Shown here piece by piece: positions 32,336 to 41,999 of a stretch of DNA of 64,000 nt. This stretch comes from Anaerolineae bacterium (GTDB lineage Bacteria > Chloroflexota > Anaerolineae > Epilineales > JAHCIE01). Each line of letters opens with the position of its first letter. Positions within the stretch are counted from its first letter, which is position 1. Both the position numbers and the translations under genes were made by a program. The notes beneath the pieces were generated by a model. That model made no database searches, had not been told where the DNA came from, and saw only the letters and a program-made list of their open reading frames with translations. Location of the stretch: the NCBI GenBank assembly GCA_034431435.1, contig DAOUDG010000031.1, forward strand, positions 3,905 to 67,904. The letters are read 5' to 3'.

Positions 32336-34071
32336 GCGTCACTACCTTGAAGCGCGACAAACTGGATGAGTATAAGCGCGCCGACGCGCCGCTGCCCGAG
32401 CACAATGTTGTGTGGCCTACCTACGGCGCAGGCTTCGAGAACTTCGGTCGTGACGAACGGCCCATCGAGACGCCGCTGCCTCCCGCCGGCGCCGATGAAC
32501 TGATCGTCCGCCATGACGCCTGCGGCCTGTGCTTCTCCGACATCAAGATTATCTCCCTCGGTGAGCAGCACCCGCGCATCTTCCGCGACATCCGCCAGGA
32601 GCCGGTCGTCCAGGGCCACGAGGTCGCCATGACCGTCGTCCAGGTCGGCGACGATCTGCGCGACCAATACCACGTCGGCGACCGCTTCATCATCCAGGCG
32701 GACATCTTCAAGGACGGCGTCGGCTACGCCTACGGCTACATGATCGACGGCGGGCTGTCGCTATACGGGCGCATCGACCAGCGCATCCTCAACGGTGACG
32801 GCGGCAACTATCTGATTCCCATCCAGCCGCGCGACGGGTACGCCGAAACGGCCCTGGCCGAACCGTGGGCGTGTGTCATCGCCGCCTACGAGCTGACCTA
32901 TCGCAGCGGGTTGAAGCCCGGCGGCACGACCTGGATCGTGGGCACGGGCGCGAGCGGCACGGCGTACACTATCAGCGCCGGCTTCGACGCGGCGAGTCAC
33001 CCGGCGCGGCTGCTGCTGACCGACGTACCGCCGGCCTTTGCGGCCTGGCTTCGGGAGCGCGCCGCCGCCCTCGGCGTCGAGGTGCTGGATGCGCCGGACG
33101 TGACTGCGCCGCCGGTCACTCCCAGCGACGACATCGTGCTACTCGCCACGACCGCCGATCTGGTGGAGACGGTCAGCCCGCATCTGGCCGACTTCGGCAT
33201 CGTTGCCCTGCTGGGCAACACGCCCCTCGACCGACCGGCCCAGGTGGACATTGGCCGCGTCCACTATAACCGCTGGACCTACGTCGGCGGGCGGGGAACC
33301 GACGTGGCGCGCGCCTACAGCGACCTGCCGGTGCGCGCCGCGCTGCGGCCGGGCGGGCGCGCCTGGTTCATCGGCGCGGGTGGGCCGATGGGACGCATGC
33401 ACGTCCAGCGCGCCCTGCAAAGCCCGCAACCGCCCGCCATCATCGTCTGCACGGACATGGGCGACGTGCGCCTCCAGGCCCTGCGCGACACCTTCGCCGG
33501 GGAGGCAGCGGCGCGCGGCATCGAGTTCGTGTGCATCAATCCGGCGCATCGCGGCGCCGCCGCAGCCGAGCAGGAGATGGACCATTTCAGGGCGGAAGGC
33601 TTCGACGACATTGTCGTCCTGGCCCCCGCGCCGGCCGCCATCGCCGACGCGGCCAACTGGCTCGCGCCCCAGGGTGTGATGAACATCTTCGCGGGCGTGG
33701 CGCGCGGCGTGACGACCCGGCTGGACCTGAGTGCGGTGTATCTACGGGACGTGCGCTTCATCGGCCACTCAGCATCGGACATCGATGACCTGCGCCTGAC
33801 GCTCCACAAGGTCGAGACGGCCGAGTTGTCGCCCAACCGCTCCGTGGCGGCTATCGGCTCATTGAGCGCGGCGCGCGACGGGCTGATCGCCGTGCGCGAC
33901 AGCGTCTTCCCCGGCAAGGTAGTCATCTACCCGCACATCACGGACTTGCCGCTAACGCCACTGGCCGACCTGAAGGATCGCCTGCCGACCGTGTACGCGA
34001 AACTCAAGGATGGTCGCGAGTGGACCATCGAGGCCGAGGAAGAGTTGCTGCGCGTGATGCTACCAGAGTGA
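32332..34071 (+). CDS. Zn-dependent medium-chain dehydrogenase/reductase (polyol or polyol-phosphate dehydrogenase-like) with long C-terminal extension
   Basis: ATGA overlap with the upstream gene. GroES-like domain (CGLCFSDIK, GHEVAMTVVQVGDD) plus Rossmann domains; 579 aa is ~200 aa longer than typical MDRs. Confidence 0.7.
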   Translation: MSVTTLKRDKLDEYKRADAPLPEHNVVWPTYGAGFENFGRDERPIETPLPPAGADELIVRHDACGLCFSDIKIISLGEQHPRIFRDIRQEPVVQGHEVAMTVVQVGDDLRDQYHVGDRFIIQADIFKDGVGYAYGYMIDGGLSLYGRIDQRILNGDGGNYLIPIQPRDGYAETALAEPWACVIAAYELTYRSGLKPGGTTWIVGTGASGTAYTISAGFDAASHPARLLLTDVPPAFAAWLRERAAALGVEVLDAPDVTAPPVTPSDDIVLLATTADLVETVSPHLADFGIVALLGNTPLDRPAQVDIGRVHYNRWTYVGGRGTDVARAYSDLPVRAALRPGGRAWFIGAGGPMGRMHVQRALQSPQPPAIIVCTDMGDVRLQALRDTFAGEAAARGIEFVCINPAHRGAAAAEQEMDHFRAEGFDDIVVLAPAPAAIADAANWLAPQGVMNIFAGVARGVTTRLDLSAVYLRDVRFIGHSASDIDDLRLTLHKVETAELSPNRSVAAIGSLSAARDGLIAVRDSVFPGKVVIYPHITDLPLTPLADLKDRLPTVYAKLKDGREWTIEAEEELLRVMLPE

Positions 34072-34086
34072 TGAGGTAACACATCC

Positions 34087-34887
34087 ATGATGCTTCCAGA
34101 TAGAGTCGCCATTGTCACCGGCGGCGCGCAGGGGTTGGGCGAAGCCCTCTGCCAGCGCCTGGCCCGCGAGGGCTGCCACGTTGTCGTGGCCGACATCAAC
34201 GCCGAGCAGGCCGCCGCCACTGCCGACGGCATTACCACCGCCGCGCGCGCCACCGGCTCCGACCGCCGCGCCATTGGCGTCAAGGTCGACGTCACGAGTG
34301 AAGAGCAGGTCGCCGCCCTGGTCGACCGCGCCGTCGCCGAGTTTGGCCGTCTCGATGTGCTGGTGTCCAATGCGGGCATCCTCATCGCCGAGGACATTAC
34401 CGACTTCCCCGCCGACAAGTGGCAGGCCGTGATGATGGTCAATCTCTACGGCTACTTCCTGTGTGCCAAGCACGCCGCGCGGGTGATGAAGCCGCAAGGT
34501 AAGGGCGTCATCATCCAGATCAACTCCAAGTCGGGCAAGAAGGGCAGCTTCAAGAACTCCGCCTACGCGGCCTCCAAGTTCGGCGGCATCGGCCTCACCC
34601 AGAGCATCGCCCTCGACCTGGCCGAGCATGGCGTGCGCGTCAACGCTGTCTGCCCCGGCAACCTGCTCGACTCGCCCTTGTGGGTCAACTCGCTTTACAA
34701 GCAGTATGCCCGGAAGTGGGGCATCACCGAGGCCGAGGTACGCCAGCGCTACATCGACCAGGTTCCCATGAAGCGCGGCTGCACCTACGACGACGTCTGC
34801 AATGTGGTCGCCTTCCTGGCCTCCGACCAGGCCAGCTACATGACCGGCCAGGCCATCAACGTGACCGGCGGCCAGGAGATGCGCTAA
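34087..34887 (+). CDS. Short-chain dehydrogenase, sorbitol-6-phosphate 2-dehydrogenase (SrlD)-like
   Basis: 266 aa; [67 protein letters not shown]. Close motif-by-motif resemblance to SrlD. Confidence 0.8.
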   Translation: MMLPDRVAIVTGGAQGLGEALCQRLAREGCHVVVADINAEQAAATADGITTAARATGSDRRAIGVKVDVTSEEQVAALVDRAVAEFGRLDVLVSNAGILIAEDITDFPADKWQAVMMVNLYGYFLCAKHAARVMKPQGKGVIIQINSKSGKKGSFKNSAYAASKFGGIGLTQSIALDLAEHGVRVNAVCPGNLLDSPLWVNSLYKQYARKWGITEAEVRQRYIDQVPMKRGCTYDDVCNVVAFLASDQASYMTGQAINVTGGQEMR

Positions 34888-34897
34888 GCGAGACCGT

Positions 34898-36217
34898 ATG
34901 CCAATCGCTGTCATTCTGCCCAAGCTGGGCAACACCGTCGAGAGTTCCATTATCGCCCGCTGGCTCAAGCGACCCGGCGAGACCGTCGCCGAAGGCGAGC
35001 CACTGGTGGAGATCGAGACCGACAAGAGCAGCCTTGAGGTAAACAGCCCCGCCGCGGGCGTCCTCCTCGACACGTTCTTCGGCCCAGGCGACGACGTGCC
35101 CGTGCTGACCACCATCGCCGCCATCGGCCAGCCGGGCGAGGAGGCGGCTTCCCTTCGCCCGCGTGACGCGGCGACACCCGCCACCCCTGCCCCCCCTCCG
35201 GCTCCCCCCGTCGACCATGGGAAGGGGGAGGAGGGAATCAGTGAGGTCTTCGTCTCGCCACGCGCGCGGCGGCTGGCCGAGCACAAGGGGCTGGCCGTGG
35301 CGGACCTGACGGGTAGCGGCCCCGGCGGGCGCATCATCGAGCGCGACGTGCAGGCCGCCCTCGCCGCCCGACCGCGTCTGACGCCCCTGGCGCGCGCCCT
35401 GGTCGAGAAGGGCGGCTTCACCCCGCCCGCCGACGCCGCCGGCCGCGTCACCAGCCGCGACCTTACGCCACCCACCGCGACGGCCTCCGCGCCTGGCATA
35501 GCCGGGCCAACCCAGGCCGTCGCCGAGTACGAAGATATACCGCTCAGCAACGTGCGCCGCCTCATCGCCGAGCGCATGCTGGCCTCCTTGCAGACCACGG
35601 CCCAGCTGACCCTCAACGCCTCGGCCGACGCCCGCCAGGTGCAGGCCCTCCGCCAGCGGCTCAAGGCCAGCCCCGAGGCCCTCGGCCTGCGCGAGGTGAC
35701 GGTCAACGATCTGGTGCTGTTCGCCGTCAGCCGCACCTTGACCCGCTTCCCCGACCTCAACGCCCTCTTCCTGGACAAGAGTCTGCGCCGCTTCACGCCG
35801 GTTCACCTCGGCTTCGCTGTGGACACGCCGCGCGGCCTGCTCGTACCCGTCATCCGTCATGCCGACAGCCTCAGCCTGCGCGCCCTGTCCCAGGCGGCGC
35901 GGCGGCTGGCCCAGGCGGCGCAAGACGGCAAGGCCACCCCCGACGACCTCAGCGGCGGCACGTTCACCGTGACCAACCTGGGCAGCCTCGGCATCGAGAG
36001 CTTCACGCCGGTGCTCAACCCGCCCCAGGTCGCCATCCTCGGCGTGGGATCCATTCAATTGAAGCCCGTCGACGCCGACGGCGAGGTGCAGTTCATCCCA
36101 CACCTGGGCCTGTCCCTGACCATCAACCACCAGGTTGTAGACGGCGCGCCGGGCGCGCGCTTCCTGCACGCCGTGACCCAGGCCATAGCCAGCCTGGACT
36201 TGCTATTGGCGACGTGA
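34898..36217 (+). CDS. 2-oxoacid/acetoin dehydrogenase complex E2 (dihydrolipoamide acyltransferase), single lipoyl domain
   Basis: Lipoyl motif [13 protein letters not shown]3/E1-binding domain ([32 protein letters not shown]), catalytic domain ending ...[15 protein letters not shown]. Confidence 0.85.
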   Translation: MPIAVILPKLGNTVESSIIARWLKRPGETVAEGEPLVEIETDKSSLEVNSPAAGVLLDTFFGPGDDVPVLTTIAAIGQPGEEAASLRPRDAATPATPAPPPAPPVDHGKGEEGISEVFVSPRARRLAEHKGLAVADLTGSGPGGRIIERDVQAALAARPRLTPLARALVEKGGFTPPADAAGRVTSRDLTPPTATASAPGIAGPTQAVAEYEDIPLSNVRRLIAERMLASLQTTAQLTLNASADARQVQALRQRLKASPEALGLREVTVNDLVLFAVSRTLTRFPDLNALFLDKSLRRFTPVHLGFAVDTPRGLLVPVIRHADSLSLRALSQAARRLAQAAQDGKATPDDLSGGTFTVTNLGSLGIESFTPVLNPPQVAILGVGSIQLKPVDADGEVQFIPHLGLSLTINHQVVDGAPGARFLHAVTQAIASLDLLLAT

Positions 36218-36283
36218 TACGCGGGTGGTCACATGGCCGCCCGCGACCCCGATTGGCCCGTCGATCATTGCCCCAGAGGAACT

Positions 36284-38734
36284 ATGCCCAAGACCCTACT
36301 CATTGATCCCGTGGAAGTACGTCGACCTGGCGTCATCGTCGCCCCCAACATCCCCATCAACCAGTACACGCCCGACCCCCAGGCCGAGGCGAAGACCTAC
36401 GGCCGCGACGCCCTGGTGCGCATCTACCGCGACATGGTACTCATTCGCGAGTTCGAGACCATGCTCGACCGCATCAAGAAAGAGGGCGTCTACGAGGGCA
36501 TCGAGTACAGCCACAAAGGCCCCGCCCACCTGTCCATCGGCCAGGAAGCCGCCGCCGTTGGCCAGGCCTTCCATCTCACTCGCGACGACTTCATCTTCGG
36601 TTCGCATCGCAGCCACGGCGAGATTCTCGCCAAGAGCTTCTCGGCCATCGCCGGGCTAGCCGAGGCTGAGCTGACCGCCATCATGGAGAGCTACCTGGAT
36701 GGCGCGCCGCTGCGCGTCGTCGAGACCTACAGCCGCGCCGACGCGCCGAGCCTGGCCCTCGATTATGTCCTGTACGGCACGCTGGCCGAGATCTTCGGCC
36801 GCGCCGCCGGCTTCAACCAGGGCCTGGGCGGGTCGATGCACGCCTTCTTCCCTCCCTTCGGCGTCCTACCCAACAACGCCATCGTCGGCGGCTCGGCCGA
36901 TATTGCGACTGGCTCGGCCCTCTACAAGCGCGTCAACCGCAAGCCCGGCATCGTCATCGCCAACATCGGCGACGCCAGCATGGGCTGCGGGCCGGTTTGG
37001 GAAGCGATGATGTTCGCCGCCATGGACCAGTATCGCACGCTGTGGGATGCGGAGATCGGCGGCGCGCCGCCCATCCTGTTCAACTTCATGAATAACTTCT
37101 ACGGCATGGGCGGTCAGCCGAAAGGCGAGACCATGGGCTTCGACGTGCTGGCCCGCGTCGGGTTGGGCGTCAACCCGGAGGGTATGCACGCCGAGCGCGT
37201 CGACGGCTTCAACCCGCTGGCCGTGGCCGACGCCATCGCCCGCAAGCGACCGGTCCTCGAAGGCGGGCGCGGCCCTGTGTTGCTGGATGTGGTAACCTAT
37301 CGCTTCTCCGGTCACTCGCCGTCGGACGCCTCCAGCTACCGCGACAAGGCCGAGATGGACCTGTGGCAGGGCGTCGACTCCCTGGTGACCTACCGCCAGT
37401 ACCTGCTGGACAACGGCCACGCCGACGCGGCCGCCCTCGACGCCATTCGCGCCGACGCCGTGGCCCGCATCAGCCAGGCCCTGCGCGCCGCCGCCGACCT
37501 GGAGCGCTCGCCGCGCCTCAGCGAGGAGGCCATCGCGGCCGTCATGTTCTCGAACGAGTTGAAGGATCGCATCGCTGAGGGCACGCCGGAGGTGCGGCTG
37601 GCGAAGGCTGACAGCCGCCTGGCCGTCACAGAGGGCAAGTTCCGCTTCGCCTTCGACGCTCAGGGCCAGCCCCACCCCAGGCTCAAGACGCTGACCTACG
37701 CCGAGGCCCTGTTCGAGGCGATGATGCACCGCTTCTACGCCGATCCTACGATGGTGGCCTACGGCGAGGAGAACCGCGACTGGGGAGGCGCGTTCGGCGT
37801 GTATCGCGGGCTGACGGAGTGCCTACCCTACCACCGCCTGTTCAACTCGCCCATCTCCGAGGGGGCCATCGTGGGCACGGCGGTAGGCTACGCCCTCAGC
37901 GGCGGGCGCGTCGTGGCCGAGCTGATGTACGCCGACTTCATGGGGCGCGCAGGCGACGAGATCTTCAACCAGATGGCGAAGTGGCAGGCCATGTCGGCCG
38001 GGCTGCTGGCATTGCCCCTGGTGCTACGTATCTCGGTGGGCGCCAAATATGGCGCGCAGCACTCCCAGGACTGGTCAGCGCTGGTGGCCCATGTGCCCGG
38101 CCTGCGGGTCATGTATCCGGCCACGCCCTACGACGCCAAGGGCATGCTGAACCTGGCCTTGCGGGGAACGGACCCGGTGGTGTTCTTCGAGAGCCAGCGC
38201 CTCTATCCGGAGCCGGAGAGGCTGGTTCAGGGCGGCGTGCCTGTGGACTACTACGAAGTTCCCCTCGGCGAGCCAGTGGTACGCCGCGAGGGCGGCGACC
38301 TGACGCTCATCACCCTCGGCCCGGCCCTCTACATCGCGCTGGAAGCGGCCGACGAGTTGGCGAAGCATGGCGTCGCGGCCGAGGTTATCGACCTGCGCTT
38401 CCTGAACCCACTGAACTACGAACCCCTAGTCCAGTCGATCCGCAAGACGGGCAAGGCGGCGCTGGTATCGGAGGCGTGCGAGCGCGGCTCGTTCATGCAC
38501 ACCGTCGCCTCCAATCTAACGCAGCTGGCCTTCGACTACCTGGACGGCCCCATCGCGGTGGTCGGAGCGCGCAACTGGATCACGCCCGCCGCTGAGATAG
38601 AGGACCTGTTCTTCCCCCAGAAAGAGTGGATTGTGGACACTGTCCACGAACGAGTGCTGCCCCTGGCGGGCTACACGCCCCTCACACGCCAGGCCACGTC
38701 TGAGATCATCACTCGCAACCGCGCGGGGATTTAG
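36284..38734 (+). CDS. Fused E1 alpha-beta component of a TPP-dependent 2-oxoacid/acetoin dehydrogenase complex
   Basis: ATG 36284 after AGAGGA (the track ORF opens at 36233). N-terminal E1-alpha TPP-binding region ([17 protein letters not shown]) and C-terminal E1-beta transketolase-like Pyr and C-terminal domains in one 816-aa polypeptide. Confidence 0.85.
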   Translation: MPKTLLIDPVEVRRPGVIVAPNIPINQYTPDPQAEAKTYGRDALVRIYRDMVLIREFETMLDRIKKEGVYEGIEYSHKGPAHLSIGQEAAAVGQAFHLTRDDFIFGSHRSHGEILAKSFSAIAGLAEAELTAIMESYLDGAPLRVVETYSRADAPSLALDYVLYGTLAEIFGRAAGFNQGLGGSMHAFFPPFGVLPNNAIVGGSADIATGSALYKRVNRKPGIVIANIGDASMGCGPVWEAMMFAAMDQYRTLWDAEIGGAPPILFNFMNNFYGMGGQPKGETMGFDVLARVGLGVNPEGMHAERVDGFNPLAVADAIARKRPVLEGGRGPVLLDVVTYRFSGHSPSDASSYRDKAEMDLWQGVDSLVTYRQYLLDNGHADAAALDAIRADAVARISQALRAAADLERSPRLSEEAIAAVMFSNELKDRIAEGTPEVRLAKADSRLAVTEGKFRFAFDAQGQPHPRLKTLTYAEALFEAMMHRFYADPTMVAYGEENRDWGGAFGVYRGLTECLPYHRLFNSPISEGAIVGTAVGYALSGGRVVAELMYADFMGRAGDEIFNQMAKWQAMSAGLLALPLVLRISVGAKYGAQHSQDWSALVAHVPGLRVMYPATPYDAKGMLNLALRGTDPVVFFESQRLYPEPERLVQGGVPVDYYEVPLGEPVVRREGGDLTLITLGPALYIALEAADELAKHGVAAEVIDLRFLNPLNYEPLVQSIRKTGKAALVSEACERGSFMHTVASNLTQLAFDYLDGPIAVVGARNWITPAAEIEDLFFPQKEWIVDTVHERVLPLAGYTPLTRQATSEIITRNRAGI

Positions 38735-38820
38735 GTTGGTAGCCACGCAGGGCAGGGCCTCGCCCCTGCCCTCTTGACGGAAGAATGGGACACGGACGAA
38801 CACACAATGAGGTGGAACTC

Positions 38821-40494
38821 GTGAGCCAAACCAAATATGCCCTGGGACTGGACTTTGGTACCGAGTCGGGGCGCGCGGTTGTCGTCGACGTCGGCAGCGG
38901 CAAGACCGTCGGCAGCGCCACCTACCGCTACGCCGATGGCGTCATCGACGAGAAGCTGCCGGGCACGAGCACCCGCCTCGGCCCCGATTGGGCCTTACAG
39001 AACCCCGCCGACTACCTGGCGACCCTCAAGCAGGCCGTGCCCGAGGCCCTCACGGCGGCGGGCGTGCCGGCCGAAGACGTGATTGGCATCGGCATCGACT
39101 TCACCGCCTGCACCATCCTGCCGACGCGGGCCGACGGCACGCCACTGTGCTTCGAGCCGGAGTGGAAGGGTAACCCCCACGCCTGGACCAAACTGTGGAA
39201 ACATCATGCCGCCCAACCCGAGGCTGACCGCATCAATGCCGTGGCCGTGGAGCGGGACGAGGCGTGGCTACCCCTATACGGTGGGCGCATCTCGTCCGAG
39301 TGGCTGCACAGCAAGGCGTTACAGATCCTCGACGAGTCGCCCGATGTCTACGCAGCGATGGACAGAATCGTCGAGGCGGGTGACTGGGTCGTCTGGCAGA
39401 TGACCGGCGTAGAGAAGCGCAATGCCTGCGCCGCTGGCTACAAGGGCATGTGGAACAAAGCCACCGGCTACCCCAGCAATGACTTCCTGCGCGCCCTCGA
39501 CCCGCGCCTCGACGGCTTCCATCAGACGAAGGCGGCGGGCGAGGTGGTCGCCCCGGGCGCGCGGGTGGGCCACCTGACCGAGAAGGCGGCGGCGTGGATG
39601 GGCCTGCGGCCCGGCATCGCCGTCGCCGCACCGACCATCGACGCCCACGCCGCCGTACCGGGCGCGGGCGTGACAACGCCAGGCCGCATGACCCTCATCC
39701 TGGGCACGTCCACCTGCCACATGATCGTGGACGAGGAACAGCATCTGGTGCCCGGCATCAGCGGCGTCGTCGGCGACGGCATCATCCCCGGCCTGTATGG
39801 CTACGAGGGCGGACAGGCCGGGGTGGGCGACATCTTCGAGTGGTTCGTGGAGAATGCGGTACCGAGCTGGTATGAGCGGGGTGCGGCGGAGGCAGGGCTG
39901 AGTGTCTACCAGGCCCTGGAGCGCGACGCCGCCCAACAGCGGCCAGGCGAAGCGGGCCTCATCGCCCTCGACTGGTGGAACGGCAACCGCTCGGTGTTGG
40001 TCAACGCCGGGTTGAGCGGCCTGCTCATCGGCATGACCCTCGGCACGCGCCCACCCGACATCTACCGCGCCCTGATCGAAGCGACCGCCTTCGGGACCAA
40101 GATTATCGTCGACACCTTCGAGCAGCACGGCGTGCGCGTCGATGAGCTGGTGGCGTGCGGCGGCCTGGCCGAGCGCAACAAGCTACTCTTGCAGATTTAC
40201 GCCGACGTGACCGGCCGCGAGTTCGTGGTCGGCGGCACGGGCCAGGCGTCGGCCCTCGGCGCGGCCATGCTCGGCGCGCTGGCGGCAGGACGAGCGGCGG
40301 GCGGCTTCGACTCGCTGACCGACGCAGCCCGGTCGATGGTCGCCAGCACCGGCGAGACCTACCGGCCCCACGCGGCGAACCACAGGGTCTACCAGAGCCT
40401 CTTCGCCGACTATCAGCGCCTGCACGACACCTTTGGGCGCGGCGCGAACGACGTCATGCTGCGCCTGCGCGAGATGCGCCACCAGGAGATGTAG
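38821..40494 (+). CDS. FGGY-family kinase, ribulokinase (AraB)-like
   Basis: GTG 38821 with GAGGTGG 7 nt upstream (alternative ATG 38785). ALGLDFGTES, GIDFTACT, SSEW...KALQIL, LGTSTC, GYEGGQAGVGDIFEWF, LDWWNGNRS, CGGLAERNKLLLQIYADVTGRE. Confidence 0.8.
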   Translation: MSQTKYALGLDFGTESGRAVVVDVGSGKTVGSATYRYADGVIDEKLPGTSTRLGPDWALQNPADYLATLKQAVPEALTAAGVPAEDVIGIGIDFTACTILPTRADGTPLCFEPEWKGNPHAWTKLWKHHAAQPEADRINAVAVERDEAWLPLYGGRISSEWLHSKALQILDESPDVYAAMDRIVEAGDWVVWQMTGVEKRNACAAGYKGMWNKATGYPSNDFLRALDPRLDGFHQTKAAGEVVAPGARVGHLTEKAAAWMGLRPGIAVAAPTIDAHAAVPGAGVTTPGRMTLILGTSTCHMIVDEEQHLVPGISGVVGDGIIPGLYGYEGGQAGVGDIFEWFVENAVPSWYERGAAEAGLSVYQALERDAAQQRPGEAGLIALDWWNGNRSVLVNAGLSGLLIGMTLGTRPPDIYRALIEATAFGTKIIVDTFEQHGVRVDELVACGGLAERNKLLLQIYADVTGREFVVGGTGQASALGAAMLGALAAGRAAGGFDSLTDAARSMVASTGETYRPHAANHRVYQSLFADYQRLHDTFGRGANDVMLRLREMRHQEM

Positions 40495-40519
40495 CCAGCG
40501 GCACGGGCGGGGGCGAGCG

Positions 40520-41236
40520 CTAGCCCTGTCGCAGGCGATGGCTCACGCCCCCTGCCCCTGCCACAATCAAGTCGGTGGCGAGATCGATGAACAGGCCGTG
40601 TTCGACAATGCCCGCGCGGGAATCTAGCGCCGCCGCCAGCTGCCGCACATCACTGATGGGGCCGAAGTCACAGTCCAGAATCATGTTGCCCGAGTCGGTC
40701 ACAAACTGTGCGCCGTCGCGCGTCTGGCGGACGGCGTAGCGCGCGCCCAGAGCTTCGAGGTAGCGCGCCTGCGCCAGCCAGCCGAAGGGTAGCACCTCGA
40801 CGGGCACCGGCCAGCGCGTTCCCAGCCGGGGTGATGGCTTCGTCTCATCCACCACGATAACCTCTCGCGCGCTCACCTGGGCGACAATCTTCTCGCGCAG
40901 CAACGCGCCGCCGCCGCCCTTGATCAGGTTCATCGCCGGGTCGACCTCGTCCGCGCCGTCAATGGTCACGTCCAGGTCCTCGGGTAGGTCATCCGGCAGC
41001 AGCGGGATGCCGAGCCGCATGGCCTCCTGCGCCGTCGCCCTGGAGGTGGCGAAGGCGACAATATCGCGCAACTCACCGCTGCGTAGCCGTTCGGCGATGA
41101 GGCGCGTCGCGAAGGTGGCCGTGCTGCCCGTGCCGAGGCCCACCCTCATTCCCGATTGCACGAATTGGACCGCTTGATGCGCGGCCTGTTCCTTATAGTG
41201 CGCCAGAGGATCGGCCACGGCCGAAGCCCCACTCAT
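40520..41236 (-). CDS. rpiA: Ribose-5-phosphate isomerase A
   Basis: 238 aa; GLGTGSTA, DGADEVD, KGGGGAL..EKIVA motifs. Confidence 0.9.
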   Translation of the reverse strand: MSGASAVADPLAHYKEQAAHQAVQFVQSGMRVGLGTGSTATFATRLIAERLRSGELRDIVAFATSRATAQEAMRLGIPLLPDDLPEDLDVTIDGADEVDPAMNLIKGGGGALLREKIVAQVSAREVIVVDETKPSPRLGTRWPVPVEVLPFGWLAQARYLEALGARYAVRQTRDGAQFVTDSGNMILDCDFGPISDVRQLAAALDSRAGIVEHGLFIDLATDLIVAGAGGVSHRLRQG

Positions 41237-41246
41237 ACAGACCCCC

Positions 41247-41999
41247 TTACTCCGCGCTGGCCGCCACCTTCGCCGCCGCCGCCGCGTCCACCAGCCAGTG
41301 CAACGCGCCGTTGGGCGGCTGAATCAACTGCGCGGGCCACACATCGGGTTGATACGGTCCTTGAAGCACGTTCCACAGCATATCCGCTTTGGCTGCGCCT
41401 TCCACCAGAAAGGCCACGTCGCGCGCGGCGTTGATGAGCGGCGCGGTGAGGGTCACCCGCCAGGTCGCCATGATCTCGACGTACTGGGGCGCGACCCACC
41501 GCGACTCCTCGCGCAGAACAGCCGTACCCGGAAACAGGGACGCCGTATGCCCATTATCGCCCATGCCCAACAGGATGAGATCGAAGCGGGGCAGGGTTGC
41601 GACGCGAAAGAAACGCTGCATCTCCTGCTCGTAGGTCAGCGCAGCCTGGGCCGGGTCGATCTCCCCCCGGATGCGGTGAACGTTAGCCGGCGGCAGCGCC
41701 ACGTGGTCGAGCAGGGCCTCCCGCGCCATGCGGTAGTTGCTGCGCGCGTCCTCAGACGGCACACAGCGCTCGTCGCCAAACCAGACGTGCGTCGCCTGCC
41801 AGGCGATCCCATCCTTGAAGTCTGCGCTCGCCAGCCGCGCGTAGATGGGCCGGGGCGTGCCGCCCCCGGCTAGAGCGACGACGAAGCGGCCACGCGCGGC
41901 GATTGCCTGCGCGGCGCGCTGCGCGATAAACTCAGCCGCCCCCGCCGCGAAGCTCAGCCCGTCGGGGAATACGCGCCAGTTCAGCACGCCCGTGCTCAA
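41247..41999 (-). CDS. pgl: 6-phosphogluconolactonase
   Basis: 250 aa, NagB/Pgl fold; [33 protein letters not shown]. Confidence 0.85.
   Translation of the reverse strand: MSTGVLNWRVFPDGLSFAAGAAEFIAQRAAQAIAARGRFVVALAGGGTPRPIYARLASADFKDGIAWQATHVWFGDERCVPSEDARSNYRMAREALLDHVALPPANVHRIRGEIDPAQAALTYEQEMQRFFRVATLPRFDLILLGMGDNGHTASLFPGTAVLREESRWVAPQYVEIMATWRVTLTAPLINAARDVAFLVEGAAKADMLWNVLQGPYQPDVWPAQLIQPPNGALHWLVDAAAAAKVAASAE

Noticed and set aside
34060-36169. 578-aa and 437-aa minus-strand ORFs antisense to the SDR, E2 and E1 genes
   Set aside because: No domains and extreme Ala/Arg/Gly content. The sense strand carries lipoyl, SDR and TPP motifs.
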